From Sphaerodactylus townsendi (Eukaryota), in NCBI RefSeq assembly GCF_021028975.2, contig NC_059426.1:54498001-54562000 (forward strand): DNA of 64,000 nt. Direction: 5' to 3'. The notes beneath the pieces are model-generated. The model had not been told where the DNA came from. It saw nothing but the letters and a program-made list of their open reading frames with translations, and ran no database searches. Positions 39,853 through 52,508 of the stretch are shown here, one piece after another. The position numbers and the translations under genes are program-made. Positions within the stretch are counted from its first letter, which is position 1. Each line of letters starts with the position of its first letter.

Positions 39853-41460
39853 TAGGGTTAGAGATTCAGATGAAACAAATACCAGATTCGGCCTGAATCT
39901 GGGCGAATTCGGGCATATTCGGACAAATATTGTCTGAATGTGTCCTGCCCAAATATGAACAAATCTGAATGCAAGGTATTGGGACTTTTTTTGGTATTTT
40001 TGGTGTTTTTGCACTTCAGCCTGCAGGGGGCGCATTTTTAAAGCTAGAGGCACCAGTGACTGTCCTGATGATACCACCCGAGTTTGGTGAAGTTTGATTT
40101 AGGGAGGGCAAAGTTATGGATCCCCAAAGGGGGTACCCCATCCCCCATTCTTTCCAATGGGAGCTAACAGGATACGGGGGCTACCCCTTTGATGGTCCAT
40201 AACTTTGGCCCCCTGAATCTAACTTCATTAAACTCAGATGGTGTCATCAGAACAGTCTCCAGGTGATACTCTGAAATTCTGGTGTCATTAGCTTTAAAAA
40301 TGCACCCCTGACAGGCACCCAAATAAATTTGCCCAAGATTCTTTGTTCTGCAATGCCTTGGCTCCATTGTAGCCAATGGGGAACTTCTGAGTGTGTAAGC
40401 AGGCGGCACATTTTTGAAGATAGTTGCGCCAGACTTTCAAGGGGGCTCCAGGAGGTCCTCCTAGTAATAGCATCCAGTCTTGGTGAACTTTCCTTCGGGG
40501 GGTTCAATTTTATGGAGGCCGCAAAGGCTTATTTTGTTTCCCCACTCCTGCACATGAAGCCTGTTGACTGAGTTCTCTCAGAACTCTCTCAACTCATGCC
40601 CCCAACCCACCCCACAAGCAAAGTTCACCAAGCTTGAATGCTATTACCAGGAGGACTCTTGGAGCCACCTTGAAAGTCTGGCGCCTCTATCTTCAAAAAT
40701 CTGCAGCCAGTGCTTACACACACAGAAATTCCCCAGAATCTGCCAGGGGCTTCAGCAAGTCCACCATAGACTTCAATGGGGCTTTCTGTTATGCCCAGCT
40801 GGCTCTGTGGTAGAGGTTTCACTGGGAGGCACTCTGGTGGGGGTCTTGCTCTGGGTGGGGGCATTTCCTGCAGGGCTGCTGGTGTGAGTCTCCTGAAAGG
40901 AACCAGTGAACTTTGCTAAAGTTTCCTTGGGTGGGGAAAATGTTGTGGGCATCAGGTTCACCTTCAACTGGGTGCCCACAGCATTTTCCTCTTCCACACA
41001 AATTGTAGCAAAAGCGGGGAAAGACTGGAAAGCAAGTGGGGGCTGTTCAGCATGCTTTGGAAAAACCAGAGGAGGATAGAGTCATGTGTATGAGACAGCT
41101 GTCTCTTGATGCTGCTCCTATAACAGCCCAGTCACTTTCTCAGCTCCCTGCAGATCTTCCTTGTTTTATACCTGCTATGGGAGATGTACTGAATCCTTTC
41201 TGCCAACCTCTTCATTACCCTCTTCACATATCTCCTCAACCCAATTCTTCCCAAGGGCACCTCTTCAAACTGCAGCTATGACTTAGCTGGCAGAGGAGGA
41301 GGAGGAGGAGGAGGAGATGAACAGCTACTTATTTGGAGTTCATATTGGGGGCTGTGATGCCCTTTGTGTGATGCTTGATGGTTGAATTTTTTGGCATTTT
41401 TGGTGTTTTTTCACATTTTGGCTTGTAGGGGGCACATTTTTAAAACTAGTGGCACCAAAA
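39853..41460. mobile_element. Degraded hAT-like element with (t/c)cgaat subterminal repeats and the shared palindromic module
   Basis: taggg start, clustered attcgg/ctgaat motifs, module homologous to 2.7-3.2 kb; right end unclear. Confidence 0.6.
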
Positions 41461-41624
41461 ATATCTATAGAAAATGGAACTAGATGGGTGCCATGGTCAT
41501 AGTTTGCCTAGGGCACCAAAAAGGAAAAAAAACTAGGCCAGTCTTGGATGGGTTACCCTAACAAAAAGGTTGGGAACCACTAAAGTTGTGAGGTCCCCTC
41601 TGGCCATTGGCAGGGCAGGGTGGG

Positions 41625-41789
41625 TAGGGTTGCCAGATTGAAGTTGGGAAACAGTTATCTCAGTGGGATTCAATGCCATAGAATCCACCCTCCAAATCAG
41701 TCATTTTCTCCAGGTGAACTGATCTCTGTAATTTGGAGATGAGCTGTAATTCCAAGGGATCCCCTGGCCCACCTGGAGGTTGGCATCCT
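41625..41789. mobile_element. Short tagggttgcc-type non-autonomous DNA element
   Basis: TIR tagggttgcca/tggcatccta. Confidence 0.7.
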
Positions 41790-41839
41790 AGAACCACTAG
41801 TCTAGAATACAAGTGGCAGTGGCAGAAGCTCCTACTCAC

Positions 41840-42085
41840 CTCACCAGATGGTAAACTAGAACAGCCCCCAGGTTGAAGCTTCATGTTGTACTTCCTTGTT
41901 TCTTCTGTACCCTGAGGAGGTTTCCAGAATAGAATACATTGTAGGCAATCTCACAGCCATGGAGTTCTTAGTTGAAGCTCTAGAATCACCAGCATCCTTG
42001 ACTACTCAGCTGTATGCTTTCCAGATGCCTTGGAAACCCACCATTTCCCCAACAGTACTGAGACTTTTTTCTTCTTCTGAGTATG
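41840..42085 (-). pseudogene. Exon with consensus splice sites but stops in all three frames
   Basis: cccccccttctacag acceptor and GAG|GTGAGT donor; YSEEEKSLSTVGEMVGFQ.. then disrupted. Confidence 0.5.
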
Positions 42086-42519
42086 CTGTAGAAGGGGGGG
42101 TGGAGCCACAGAAAAGGAGTGCAAAACAAGCATCTACAAAATGTTTTCAAAACAACTCAGACCCATTTCCATTGATCCATAAAAAGCAACTTTTTGCTTC
42201 AGTTGTTAGACAGCGTTGCACACAATTTGTAATAATTATTATGATTTGAGCAAGGAGTTTTCATACATTGCTGCTCAAGCAAGAAACAAGAGTATTACAA
42301 GGTTGACTCTGCCATCCTCCATTCTCACTGCACTCATGTGATGTCATTCCACATAAACATATTTTCTAGCGCATATTACACTTGGATTTATACATTTCAA
42401 GAGAGCAGCTGTCTTATTCAACAATTTGTTCCAAAACACCAGTTGATACAAATGCACATTCTTAATTTTTGATATTTTGCCATAAAATCTTTATTTCATG
42501 CTGGAGGTATTTTAAACTT

Positions 42520-42749
42520 CAAAGAATTGTACGTTCATTCTTCTAGAATCTTCCAATCCATTCAGCTGCAGGACATTCATTTGCCTTATTTCCCAGTAAT
42601 TTAAATCAGTATTTATACTGATTTATACTTAATATTGTTCACTTGAGTCTTTTAGATACAGAAATTGGCATTTTTTTCCAGGAATCAACAATAGTATTTA
42701 TTCTCTCGCCTTCTCTCCCCCACCCCAAGGAGATAAATATTGTGTTGGG
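42520..42749 (+). repeat. Probable source copy of a ~220-bp dispersed duplication (second copy 56318-56537)
   Basis: Near-identical by direct comparison. Confidence 0.92.
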
Positions 42750-44106
42750 GACAATATTTCATGGCAGTTTAGCCTTTACAACAGAACCTGAGAAATGTTT
42801 CTCATAGTCTGCATCATAGGCTTATAGTTTTCTATATGATAAACCAGAGCAGCAGCTTTCAAATCTTCTCTGTTTTCTGACAAAATTCCACATGATCTGT
42901 ATGCAACCACTGCATGCTATAAATAATTCAACTGTTTTCTAGGAAACACATTCAAAGCTAGATGATGCATTTTCCCATGAGTTGGACTAGAACTCTGACT
43001 CCCTCCACTGAATGTTACACATGCCACCACACCCCCCCACCCCGAGTAAATAATGCCCCTCTGATGATTTTGGTTTGGAAAAATGAAGGGTGGGGCTGAA
43101 GTCCCTCATTACTTCCATGCCAGTCTTGATACAAATTGATTCAATATAGTTCCCAATAGCTACCACTTGAGTGTGAGAGAATCAGACTAATAATCATGCC
43201 AAAATGCATCATTTAATTTGGCCCTCAGTGTTGGCAAGACAGTGCCAAGGCCTGTGGGGCTCAAGATGTTGGGTGAACTCTATAACCCAGAATGTTCCCA
43301 CCACTTTTCTGTAACTGAACAATTTAGGATAATCAGGAACAGTAGCCAAGCTGTCTTCCAGAGGATCTTATACAGGACCCACCTCCTCACTGAGGGGAAG
43401 GATGACACTTTGTAAAATTGTTAACCCCAGGATGAAATCAAGCTATTGAGAATCGGTATACTGAGGAAGATACCTTCGAAAATGCACCCAGACACATGGT
43501 GCGATTCTATACAGGATTCTCATTTTTAATATACCATCTCTGCATGGACTAAAGACACGGGATATACTAGCTCCTTTGTGAAGTTCCATATGGGAATCAC
43601 ATAAAATTGAAAATATAAATATTCCTTGGAAATTATTGTTCTTGAAGCCTCATATGGACTTTTGATATACACTTGATAATCAATGGGACAATAATAACAA
43701 CCATTCTTGGAAGATAATTACAAAGACCTGTTGATATATATACAAGTATATTATATGAAATTTGTACATTGATATTGTTCTATTGACACTGGCACTATAT
43801 ATTTATTTGCATTGCACTTTATGAATTCTATGAACTTGAGATTAGAATAGGGTTAGTGTTAGGATATTTGTCTTATCGTAAATTATTTACATGAAAAGTA
43901 ATTGAAATAATAATTTCGTACAAATTGTTGTTTGAATCGTTTATTACAAGGGATAAAACTGACCAGGGAGCAAAACGGTCAGGCCAAAAACAGGCTCTTT
44001 CCACCTCTGATGCTTTTACTGTCTGGAAAGCACTCAGAAGCAGCAACTTTGGAGATGATCCCCAGATGTCTTATTTTTGTTGTGCAAAGTGAAAAGAGGT
44101 AGTCAC

Positions 44107-44220
44107 CTCTTTTTAAGACATCCCGCAGATGCCTTGTTTTGTGCTGCACAGAATGGATCTATTTCTCTCAAATTATCTGTCCATGCAAGTTGGGCCAAAA
44201 TTTTGTGCACTCTTGATGAT
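44107..44220 (-). pseudogene. 114-nt open candidate exon (SSRVHKILAQLAWTDNLREIDPFCAAQNKASAGCLKK)
   Basis: cag acceptor, GAG|GTGACT donor, open, phase 2-2. Confidence 0.45.
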
Positions 44221-45138
44221 CTGCTGAACAGATGGCAAAAGATTTCCATGTATTGCTCATAATTAGAAGCGGGTTAAAATTTATACAGTTGTAGGGAAAA
44301 CAGATTTAGGGCAGAAAAAAATTAAACCGCAGGATTAAAATATGAAAATCTACATAAATACCACCCATTTAAGATGTTTAACACAAACAAGCAAACAATT
44401 TCTCTGACTATTATTGTTTTTACCACTGAAATTGAGACTGCTGGTTTTTCTTGTTGGTTTTACTTGCTTTTTTTTAAAGAAAGTTGTCAGAAAATTCCTG
44501 CATTGCAGAAGGATCATGACAAAGCCAACATGGCAATTCTAGCCAAGCGAAGTTGACAGGTCCCCCAACAAGCTCTGAATCAGAGTGGGTATTTGAACCC
44601 AGCTCTCCCATGCTAGTCAGACCTTCTAACCAGTAAACCATACTGGCTTACTTGCCTACCACTGTCAGAGGAAAGCTAATGGCAAGAGCCAGCTCTTCAG
44701 CTTAGACCAGACCCAACTAGATTTTATCTATCAATAAGTATTCCTTGCCTGATCGCCCACTTGAACAGTAGCCCAAGGGCCTCAAATCCTACTATACTTT
44801 AATAATTTTGCCTTGTGCAGCATATCTGCTCAATTTTTTCTACATTCCATACAATTATCCTCCCTCACAAATTAGTCAAGCGGGGCCACAGACTTGTGAG
44901 CTAGAGGACTTGTACCAGGGATTAATTGAATTCTTTGTCCAGTTTTCACTTTGTAATCTTCATGGTAATCTTCATGTTTGCCAATGGCTCTGGGCTCTCC
45001 CGTGTCTAATAAGGCAGCACATTAAATAATAATAAAACACTCCTTTCACAAGCTGTGGGTGATAGCAACATGGCTTCCCTCCAGCCGTGAATCATAACCA
45101 TTCCAAATAATCATTAATGAAATCCACACAACATAATT

Positions 45139-45383
45139 TCAATGTTTCTGATCTATCTTGGAGCGGTTAGTTATTTCATTCTGTGCTTGGTTATCAAGGT
45201 AGCTGATGATAAAGCAAATGCCTCGGGAAATTCTTTTGTAATGGTTCTTTTCATGCAGCATTTTTTTTTCAAACCCACATTTTAGAACCGTTTGGCATAC
45301 AAGTCTTGAGAACCATGGTGAGAAGTTGGGTTCACTTCTAAGCCTCAGATTCAAAGAATCAAGATAAAGAAGGTTGCAATGAC
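45139..45383 (-). pseudogene. Candidate exon (...KRISRGICFIISYLDNQAQNEITN...)
   Basis: AG acceptor, open about 80 codons, resembles the RGS I...Yl...a..ei segment; donor uncertain. Confidence 0.35.
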
Positions 45384-46669
45384 CTATGGGTACACACACT
45401 GTATTCCCTCTAATTGCTTTTTTGCGCTGTTCCTCCCCTCCCCCCCATCTGAATGTTTAGTGATTGAGACCTGCTGAAATTTCATTGCAAGGGAAGGCAG
45501 GAGGGCCAGAAGAGAAAGGTAATCACTTTCCGGTAAGGTTTTGTCAAGCCTGCTTAAGCCCCTGGCAGAGATTTAGCAACCAAGGCTTGGAAAAGAGCAT
45601 CAGACGGTATTGTGACCGCTCCAGCTAATTCATGCCTGAAGCGGGGGCAGGCTTAGTGGGAGAGCACAGAAGCTGGATTTCACTAACAATGAAGTGGAAA
45701 ATACAGTCAGTAGTATGCCAAAATATATATACCAAAAAAGAAGTGGAGAGAGGCTGAGGGGATTTTCTGTGAAACAGGTCTCATGAATCCAATATATCGT
45801 CAGTCAGCAGCCCCGCCCGCATGCCACGGAATAAACAGCTTTGAAGTCTGTGATGTGGCCCATGGGTGTTGGGGGGGATCAGTCTCTCAAAACGGAAAAT
45901 AGCAAAACCAGTGAGTTAGCAAAAGCCTCTTGGATGAGCCTCAACAATGCAGGGTCATTTAATTTGGCCCTTTCCTATTGCTCCTGAGGAATAGCTAATA
46001 TATTCCATGTAACAAACAAGGGGGGTTTGTTTCAAGGTGTGCTAAGCAACAATTTTATCCTGTTTCAAAAGCCAGCCAGGGCCAGGTTCATGCAGAAGCT
46101 GTGCTCTCTCTTCCTATCTGCAACTGTCTCCATCTCATCTTCTTGTCAGCAATCATACTTGCCTTCTAAGTTAACTGCATTACCACCTTAAAATCTGCCC
46201 TATGGGCTGCTCCAAATCATGATTACTCAAAGGTAAGGTCCATTGATTTTGAGAGGGCCTATCCAAGTTACTATGTTTAGAGATGTAATATGTGCCTTTG
46301 GTTTCAATTCTACCAAATGATGTGCAAGGAAGAGAACGGGAAGTACTGTGCATGCAGCCACAAGCCGCAAGTTTCCATTGCAATCCTGCACACAGCTGAA
46401 CTTTGTACGCCTGCTCAGCTACCAACAGCAGAAGATTCTTCAAAGTTACTTCTGGCTAGTCTCAGGTACATTGCTTTCTGGGACTGTGCCCTAATGTTGT
46501 CAAGTGTTCAGTATTGACCCGGAAAGTCCATTATTTTCACTGAGTGCTGGGGGGGGGGGAGGGGGACTGAAACAGTACCAGATATTTAAATGTTCTTTTG
46601 GCTTTTAAGCATGCAAAAGTCTTTACAATTATAATAACAAAAATGACTTACTTATTGGATTTATAAAAG

Positions 46670-46840
46670 CAGAGGTGGAGCTGCAATGGGAACATCCGGG
46701 GCGGCTTGCCCTGGGTACCACCATTGCAGTCATGTGTCGGTGGCCTTTCAGGATGTTTGGGGGGGCAGGGGGATGAAGGGATGGGAGGGGCATGTGGGCA
46801 GTTCATGCCCCAGGTGCAGTTTCCCTTCCCTTCATCACTG
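46670..46840. mobile_element. Short hAT-like MITE
   Basis: cagaggtg..catcactg ends; TSD tataaaag/cataaaag. Confidence 0.7.
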
Positions 46841-46984
46841 CATAAAAGGCATAATGATTGTCATCCTAAACATCTTCCCAGCTGAGAAGCACCATTGGTG
46901 GCAGAACAGCTTTTAAACTGATCCCTGGGGGAAAGCTGACAGGAGCTGAGGTGACTTCAGTTTGGAATACAATATCTATGGGGA

Positions 46985-49900
46985 TGCAGGCAGAGAGGGA
47001 GGTTTTTCTAAATCAACCACATACAAGCCTGGAACATAGCAATGTGCATGTGATAAGTGATTGTGTCTACAAAGGACTAGAGGGCAAAGCACATAAATAC
47101 CAGGTTAGGGACAGAGGCAGGGTTTACAGATGTCTCTTTATTAATAGTAGAAGCCTTTGACCTAAAATGGGGAACTGGAATACAGAGTTTTGAAGGAGGA
47201 CATTGATATAGTGGGCATCACAGAGACATGGTGGAATGAGGAGAACCAGTGGAATGCTATTATCCCAGGTTACGGGTTCTACAGGAAGGATAGGACAGGA
47301 TGTATAGGGGGTTGTGTTGCCCTGTATGTCAAAGAGAGCATAGTGTCACATAAAATAGACAATGAAATGGGAGCTGATTCCCCTACAAAAGCACTGTGGA
47401 TATCAATACCAGGTGTGAAGGATAGTCTAATATTAGAAATATATTATCATCCCTCTAACCCAGTGGTGGCGAACCTTTGGCACTCCAGATGTTATGGACT
47501 ACAATTCCCATCAGCCCCTGCCACGTGGCCAATTGGTTCACCACCACGGCTCTAACCAAAGTGCACAAGAGGATTCTGAGATGAAAAAAGAAATTAGAGA
47601 GGCCAACAAAAGCAAACACGTAGTGGTAATGGGTGATTTCAACTATCCCCACATAAACTGGAAAAATGCATGTTTAGGTCATAGTAAGGAGAGAGCATTC
47701 CTGAATATGCTATATGACTATGGCTTAGAGAAGATGGTTATGGAACCAACCAGGGGAGAGGTGATCCTAGATCTAATTCTATGTGGGACCCAGGACCTGA
47801 TACGGGAAGTCAGTGTTGTTGAGCTGATAGGGAACAGTGACCACAATGCTGTAAGATTCAGTATCTCTGCATGCGAGCAAGTGGCAACTACTAATGTAGT
47901 TACATTCGCCTTCAGAAAGGGAAATTCTTAAAGATGAGGGGGATAGTGCGCAGGAAGCTGAAAGGGAAAATCAAGAAAGTCAAAACTGTCCAAGATGCTT
48001 GAAGGTTATTTAAAAAAACAAAAATAAAAGCTCAGCTGGAATGTGTTCTGCAAGTTAGGAAATGGAAGTCCAACAGGACTGATGAAGAACACAAGAAGGA
48101 ACACAAATGGTGGCAAAAGAGAAGCAAGTTAGCTGTAAGGGAGGCAAAAAAGGATTATGAGGAATGCATGGCTGCGAACATCAAGACCTGCAACAAACAG
48201 TTCTTCAAGTACATCAAAAGCAGGAAGCCAGCTAGGGAAGTGGTATGCCATTTAGATAATGAAGGAACAAAAGGTGTGCTAAAGGAGGATAGGGAGATTG
48301 CAGAGAAGCTGAATGAATTCTTTGCATCTGTTTTCACCCAAGAGGAGATGAGGAAAATTCCTGCACCTGAACCAAGCTTTTTCGGAGGCAAATTCAAGGA
48401 ACTAGCGAAGATAGTGGTAGACAAGGAAGAAGTTCTGGCAGCCATTGATAAACTAAATGCTACCAAATCCCGTGGCCCAGATTGCATTCATCCAAGAGTT
48501 CTTAAAGAGCTCAAGCATGAAATTGCTGATCTTCTCACTTTAATATGCAACTTATCCTTGAAATCTGCCTCCATCCCTGAAGACTGCAAGATGGCCAATG
48601 TCACACCAATATTTAAGAAAGGATCTAGGGGAACCTAGGAAATTACAGGCCAGTCAGTTTGACATCTGTCCTGGTAAATGAGTAGCATCTAGCATTAAAG
48701 ATAAAATTATAAAACATGTAGAAAAGCAGGACCTGCTGAGGAAGAGTCAGCATGGCTTTTGCAGAGGCAAGTCCTGCCTTACAAACTTACTAGAGTTCTT
48801 TGAGGGTGTAAACAGGCATGTGGATAAGGGGGAACCAGTGGACATTGTCTCCTTGGATTTCCAAAAGGCTTTTGACAAAGTTCCTCACCAGACTATTGAG
48901 ACTATTGAAACTCAGCAATGAAGGAATAAGAAAAGAAGTCCTCCTATGGATTAAAAACTGGTTGAGGAACAGGAAGCAAAGGATGGGTGTAAATGGGAAG
49001 TTCTCACAATGGAGAGATGTAGGGAGTGGTTTTTGGACCAGTGCTCTTTAACCTATTCATAAATGACCTGGAAGAAGGGGTGGGTAGTGTGGTGGCCAAG
49101 TTTGCGGATGATACCAAATTATGTAGGGGGGTGAGAACCCAAGCAGATCTTGATAAATTGGGTGAGTGGGCTAAGAAATGGCAAATGCAGTTCAATGTAG
49201 CAAAATGTAAAGTGATGCACATAGGGGCAAAAAATCCAAACTTCACAAACACACTACAGTGGTCAGTGCTATCAGTCACAGACCAGGAAAGGGAGTTGAG
49301 ATCTTAGTTGATAGTTCCATGGGAATGTCAACTCAATGCATGGCAGCTGTGAAAAAGGCAAACTCTATGCTGGGGATCATTAGAAAAGGAATTGATAATA
49401 AAACTGCAAAGGTTGTCATGCCCTTATATAAAGTAGTGGTGCGATCACACTTGGAGTACTGTGCTCACTTCTGGTTGCCACATCTCAAAAAGGATATCAA
49501 AGAGAGAAAAAGTGCAGAGAAGGGCAATGAGGATTATTGAGGGACTGGAGCACCTTCCTTACGAGAAGAGGCTGCAGTGTTTGGAACTCTTTAGTTTGGA
49601 GAGGAGACGTCTGAGGGGGAATATGATTGAAGTCTATAAAATTATGCATGGGGTAGAAAATGTTGACAGAGAGAATTTTCCCCCTCTTTCTCACAATACT
49701 AAAACCAGGCAGCATACATTGAAAATGCTGGGGGGAGGGAGGGTTAGGACTAATAAAAGGAAACATTTCTTCATGCAATGCATGATTGGTGTTTGGAATA
49801 TGCTGCCACAGGAGGTGGTGATGGCCACTAACCTGGATAACTTTAAAAGGGGCTTGGACAGATTTATGGAGGAGAAGTCGATCAATAGCTACCAATCTTG

Positions 49901-50100
49901 ATCCTCCTTGATCTGAGATTGCAAATGCCTTAGCAGACCAGGTGCCCAGGAGCAGCAGCAGCAGAAGAAGGCCATTGCTTTCACATTCTGCATGTGAGCT
50001 CCCAAAGGCATCTGGTTGGTCACTGCGAGTAGCAGAGTGCTGGACTAGATGGACTCTGGTCTGATCCAGCAGGCTCTTTCTTATGTTCTTATGTTCTTAT
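46985..50100 (+). mobile_element. CR1 LINE, most of ORF2 (APE endonuclease + RT), inactivated
   Basis: DIVGITETWW, VVMGDFNYPHINW, SDHN, KFADDTKL, FNVAKCKVMHIG motifs; many frameshifts and deletions; (ttcttatg)n tail. Confidence 0.97.
47461..47549. mobile_element. hAT MITE inserted in the CR1 endonuclease region
   Basis: TIR cagtggtggcgaacc/ggttcaccaccacgg; perfect 8-bp TSD ctctaacc. Confidence 0.9.
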
Positions 50101-51292
50101 TCAGGAAGTCAACACTTCCTCAACAGCATGACTTCTTACAGCAACTAGGCTGACTGGAACTGCCATGCTGAACTTCTGTTCATATACAAATCCTGTGCAG
50201 GACATTGTCTTCTAGCAACATTTCTGAGCCCATCAGACTCTTTGACATCAAGCCACTTCAGGAAACTTTTGCTTGTGAGATAGCCATCAGTTGGAAGAGA
50301 CCTGTAATCAGTTATCAAGCAAACATTAAGGCTGCTATCCTAGACAAATCTACTAGGGAGTAAGCCCCATCAACTTCAATAGAACTAATATGTAACTGTA
50401 TATATTTAGGATTGCACTGTAAGACTTTCAGCAATGAATCATACCAATTAAAGTGTGCAACCTTGAATATTGTATTCAACAAATCCTATCGACTTAAAGA
50501 TGTCATATGATTTTTAAGTGTTACAAAAAGCTTGTCTAGGCACTTTAGCTCCATAACAGGAGTCTCATGTAACAAAAGGCAAACTCAAGTAAGTGCTCCT
50601 AATCATTTGAATAAAAGAAACGGGTAAAGGATAGAATGGAAGAAAGGATGTTATAATTAATTCTTTTGGTGTGCAACATAAATGAAATCCATTCTCAGAA
50701 AAGTAATGACAGCAGAGAATGACAGACACTTAAAGGTGAAAATAGCCATTCCTCAAAGGGAAAAGGGAAAGTCTAAAATGTTTTAAAAGGATACTTTTGA
50801 GGGGTGTTTTTTTTAAAGAACTGCATTACATATTTTAATACCTGCATTTCTCTTGGGGTTTGTATATTTCGGTCACATAGTTATCCAATTAAAATGAAAA
50901 CTCAGTGTGTTATCCTTTAGGCGAAGACAGCTGCCAGCTGCAAAGTTTTATAAAGTCTTTAATCTTGTCCATAAATATTTAACAAGAATTGGTTGGTACA
51001 CAAGCTAAAGAAAAGTAAAAAGTCAAAGGCAAGAGCTGAGCAATAACCCCTACATTGTCTGGATGCAGGATAAATTATTAGCAAAAATACAGCTCTTCTT
51101 CTTTTTTAATTAAAATTATTATTAAAATGCATGCAGTGACTTTACTAAATTTGGATCTTCCTCCCTTCAAGCTTACATGCAACTAGAAGCCTGGGCAGGA
51201 CATCCATTGACTGAAGTGGAGCATAATGGTACAAGGAGCTTCAGAGTCATTATAAAATAAGGAACAATAGAAAGAAAAGCACCCAACTGACT

Positions 51293-51600
51293 TGACTGTT
51301 CTCTTATGGTCTCCGATTCCAATGAGGCCAGTCAACTTCAAGGCGGATTTTTACAAGGAGGATACTGGATCAACCATTATTAGTTGTGACAGCTAAGAAT
51401 GAAGTCTCTGTATGCAGAAGCATCATACATGCCTACTAGTTCACTGGCTCAAACAAGAGAAGTCTGTCATTGTTAAGGGTTATTTGAGAGCTTCTCAGAA
51501 ACATCTTTTTGGGCCAAAAGAGATGGTACAACTTGACTGTATTCCACTTATGCAAATGGCTGATCTGCGTCATGGATTATTTCAAAAGGCGATGATTTTG
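51293..51600 (-). pseudogene. Degraded exon (VPSLLAQKDVSEKLSNNP / DRLLLFEPVN**ACMMLLHTETSFL)
   Basis: RGS C-terminal-like lFep....L.....Fl pattern across a frameshift and stops; boundaries approximate. Confidence 0.4.
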
Positions 51601-52401
51601 AGGGTAGGTGGTGCTCAGCATCCACAAGGACTACCTTCTGGACAGATCCATCCTGTCTCCAAACTTGGCCAGCGCTTCTGCCTGCCTTGCTTATTACTGC
51701 TTACACTTCCCTTTCCCATTATTTGCAGCAAGGCTACTACCAGGTTCAAAAGATGCTGCTTAGCTCCTTTACAGTGCACCCAGCTACAAGGCATGTGATG
51801 GCCTGTTCCGGACCCCATCATGCAGATATCTCAAGGTACTTGCCAATTAATCCTACCTATCCAAAACATCCAGCCCTATTCCTGCTAGTTGTCATCTGAC
51901 CAGTTATAACAACTATACCTATTTAATGGTGAGGCACATCCCACAGAAAAGCACAGAGCAAGAGAAAAAGAGGCTCCTTACACAGCTAATTTCCTTGCAC
52001 AGCTAATATATAACAACCAACTAATCTCATGCTGCCCCCAGGGAGGGTTGGTGGAACAATCACAGCAAAAAGGCTGAAGGTGTGAAGGAGCAACAAGGCA
52101 AACAGCCAGTTGCCCTCATCTGATTGGCTGCTCTGCTTTCCCCACAGCTAATGGAGCCTCACGCTTCATTTTAATCAATTCAGGGCAGGAGGGCAGAACT
52201 GGGAAGGGCAAATCAACCCACAGCAAAACTTTGCAATGTCACTTGCTGAGAGTGAAACATTTCCACTATTGGATCTTTAAACATGTTATCCTGTGGGAAG
52301 CATTCATATCTGGGTCACTGTACTAGGTAGGGTGGAGGAGTTAACTGTTTCCCCTTGTGCATGTTTTTCATGTGAAACTACCCCCTTCCCAGGCTGCAAT
52401 T

Positions 52402-52508
52402 CCAGGGGTCTGCAACCTGCAACTCTCCAGATGTTCATGGACTACAAATTCCATCAGCCAATTGGCCATGCTGGCAGGGGCTGATGGGATTTGTAGTGCA
52501 TGCCCCTG
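52402..52508. mobile_element. hAT MITE related to 47461-47549
   Basis: caggggt..cccctg ends; ctccagatgttcatggactaca core. Confidence 0.7.

Noticed and set aside
46985-50100. Active reverse transcriptase gene
   Set aside because: Multiple frameshifts, deletions and a MITE insertion; this is a dead CR1
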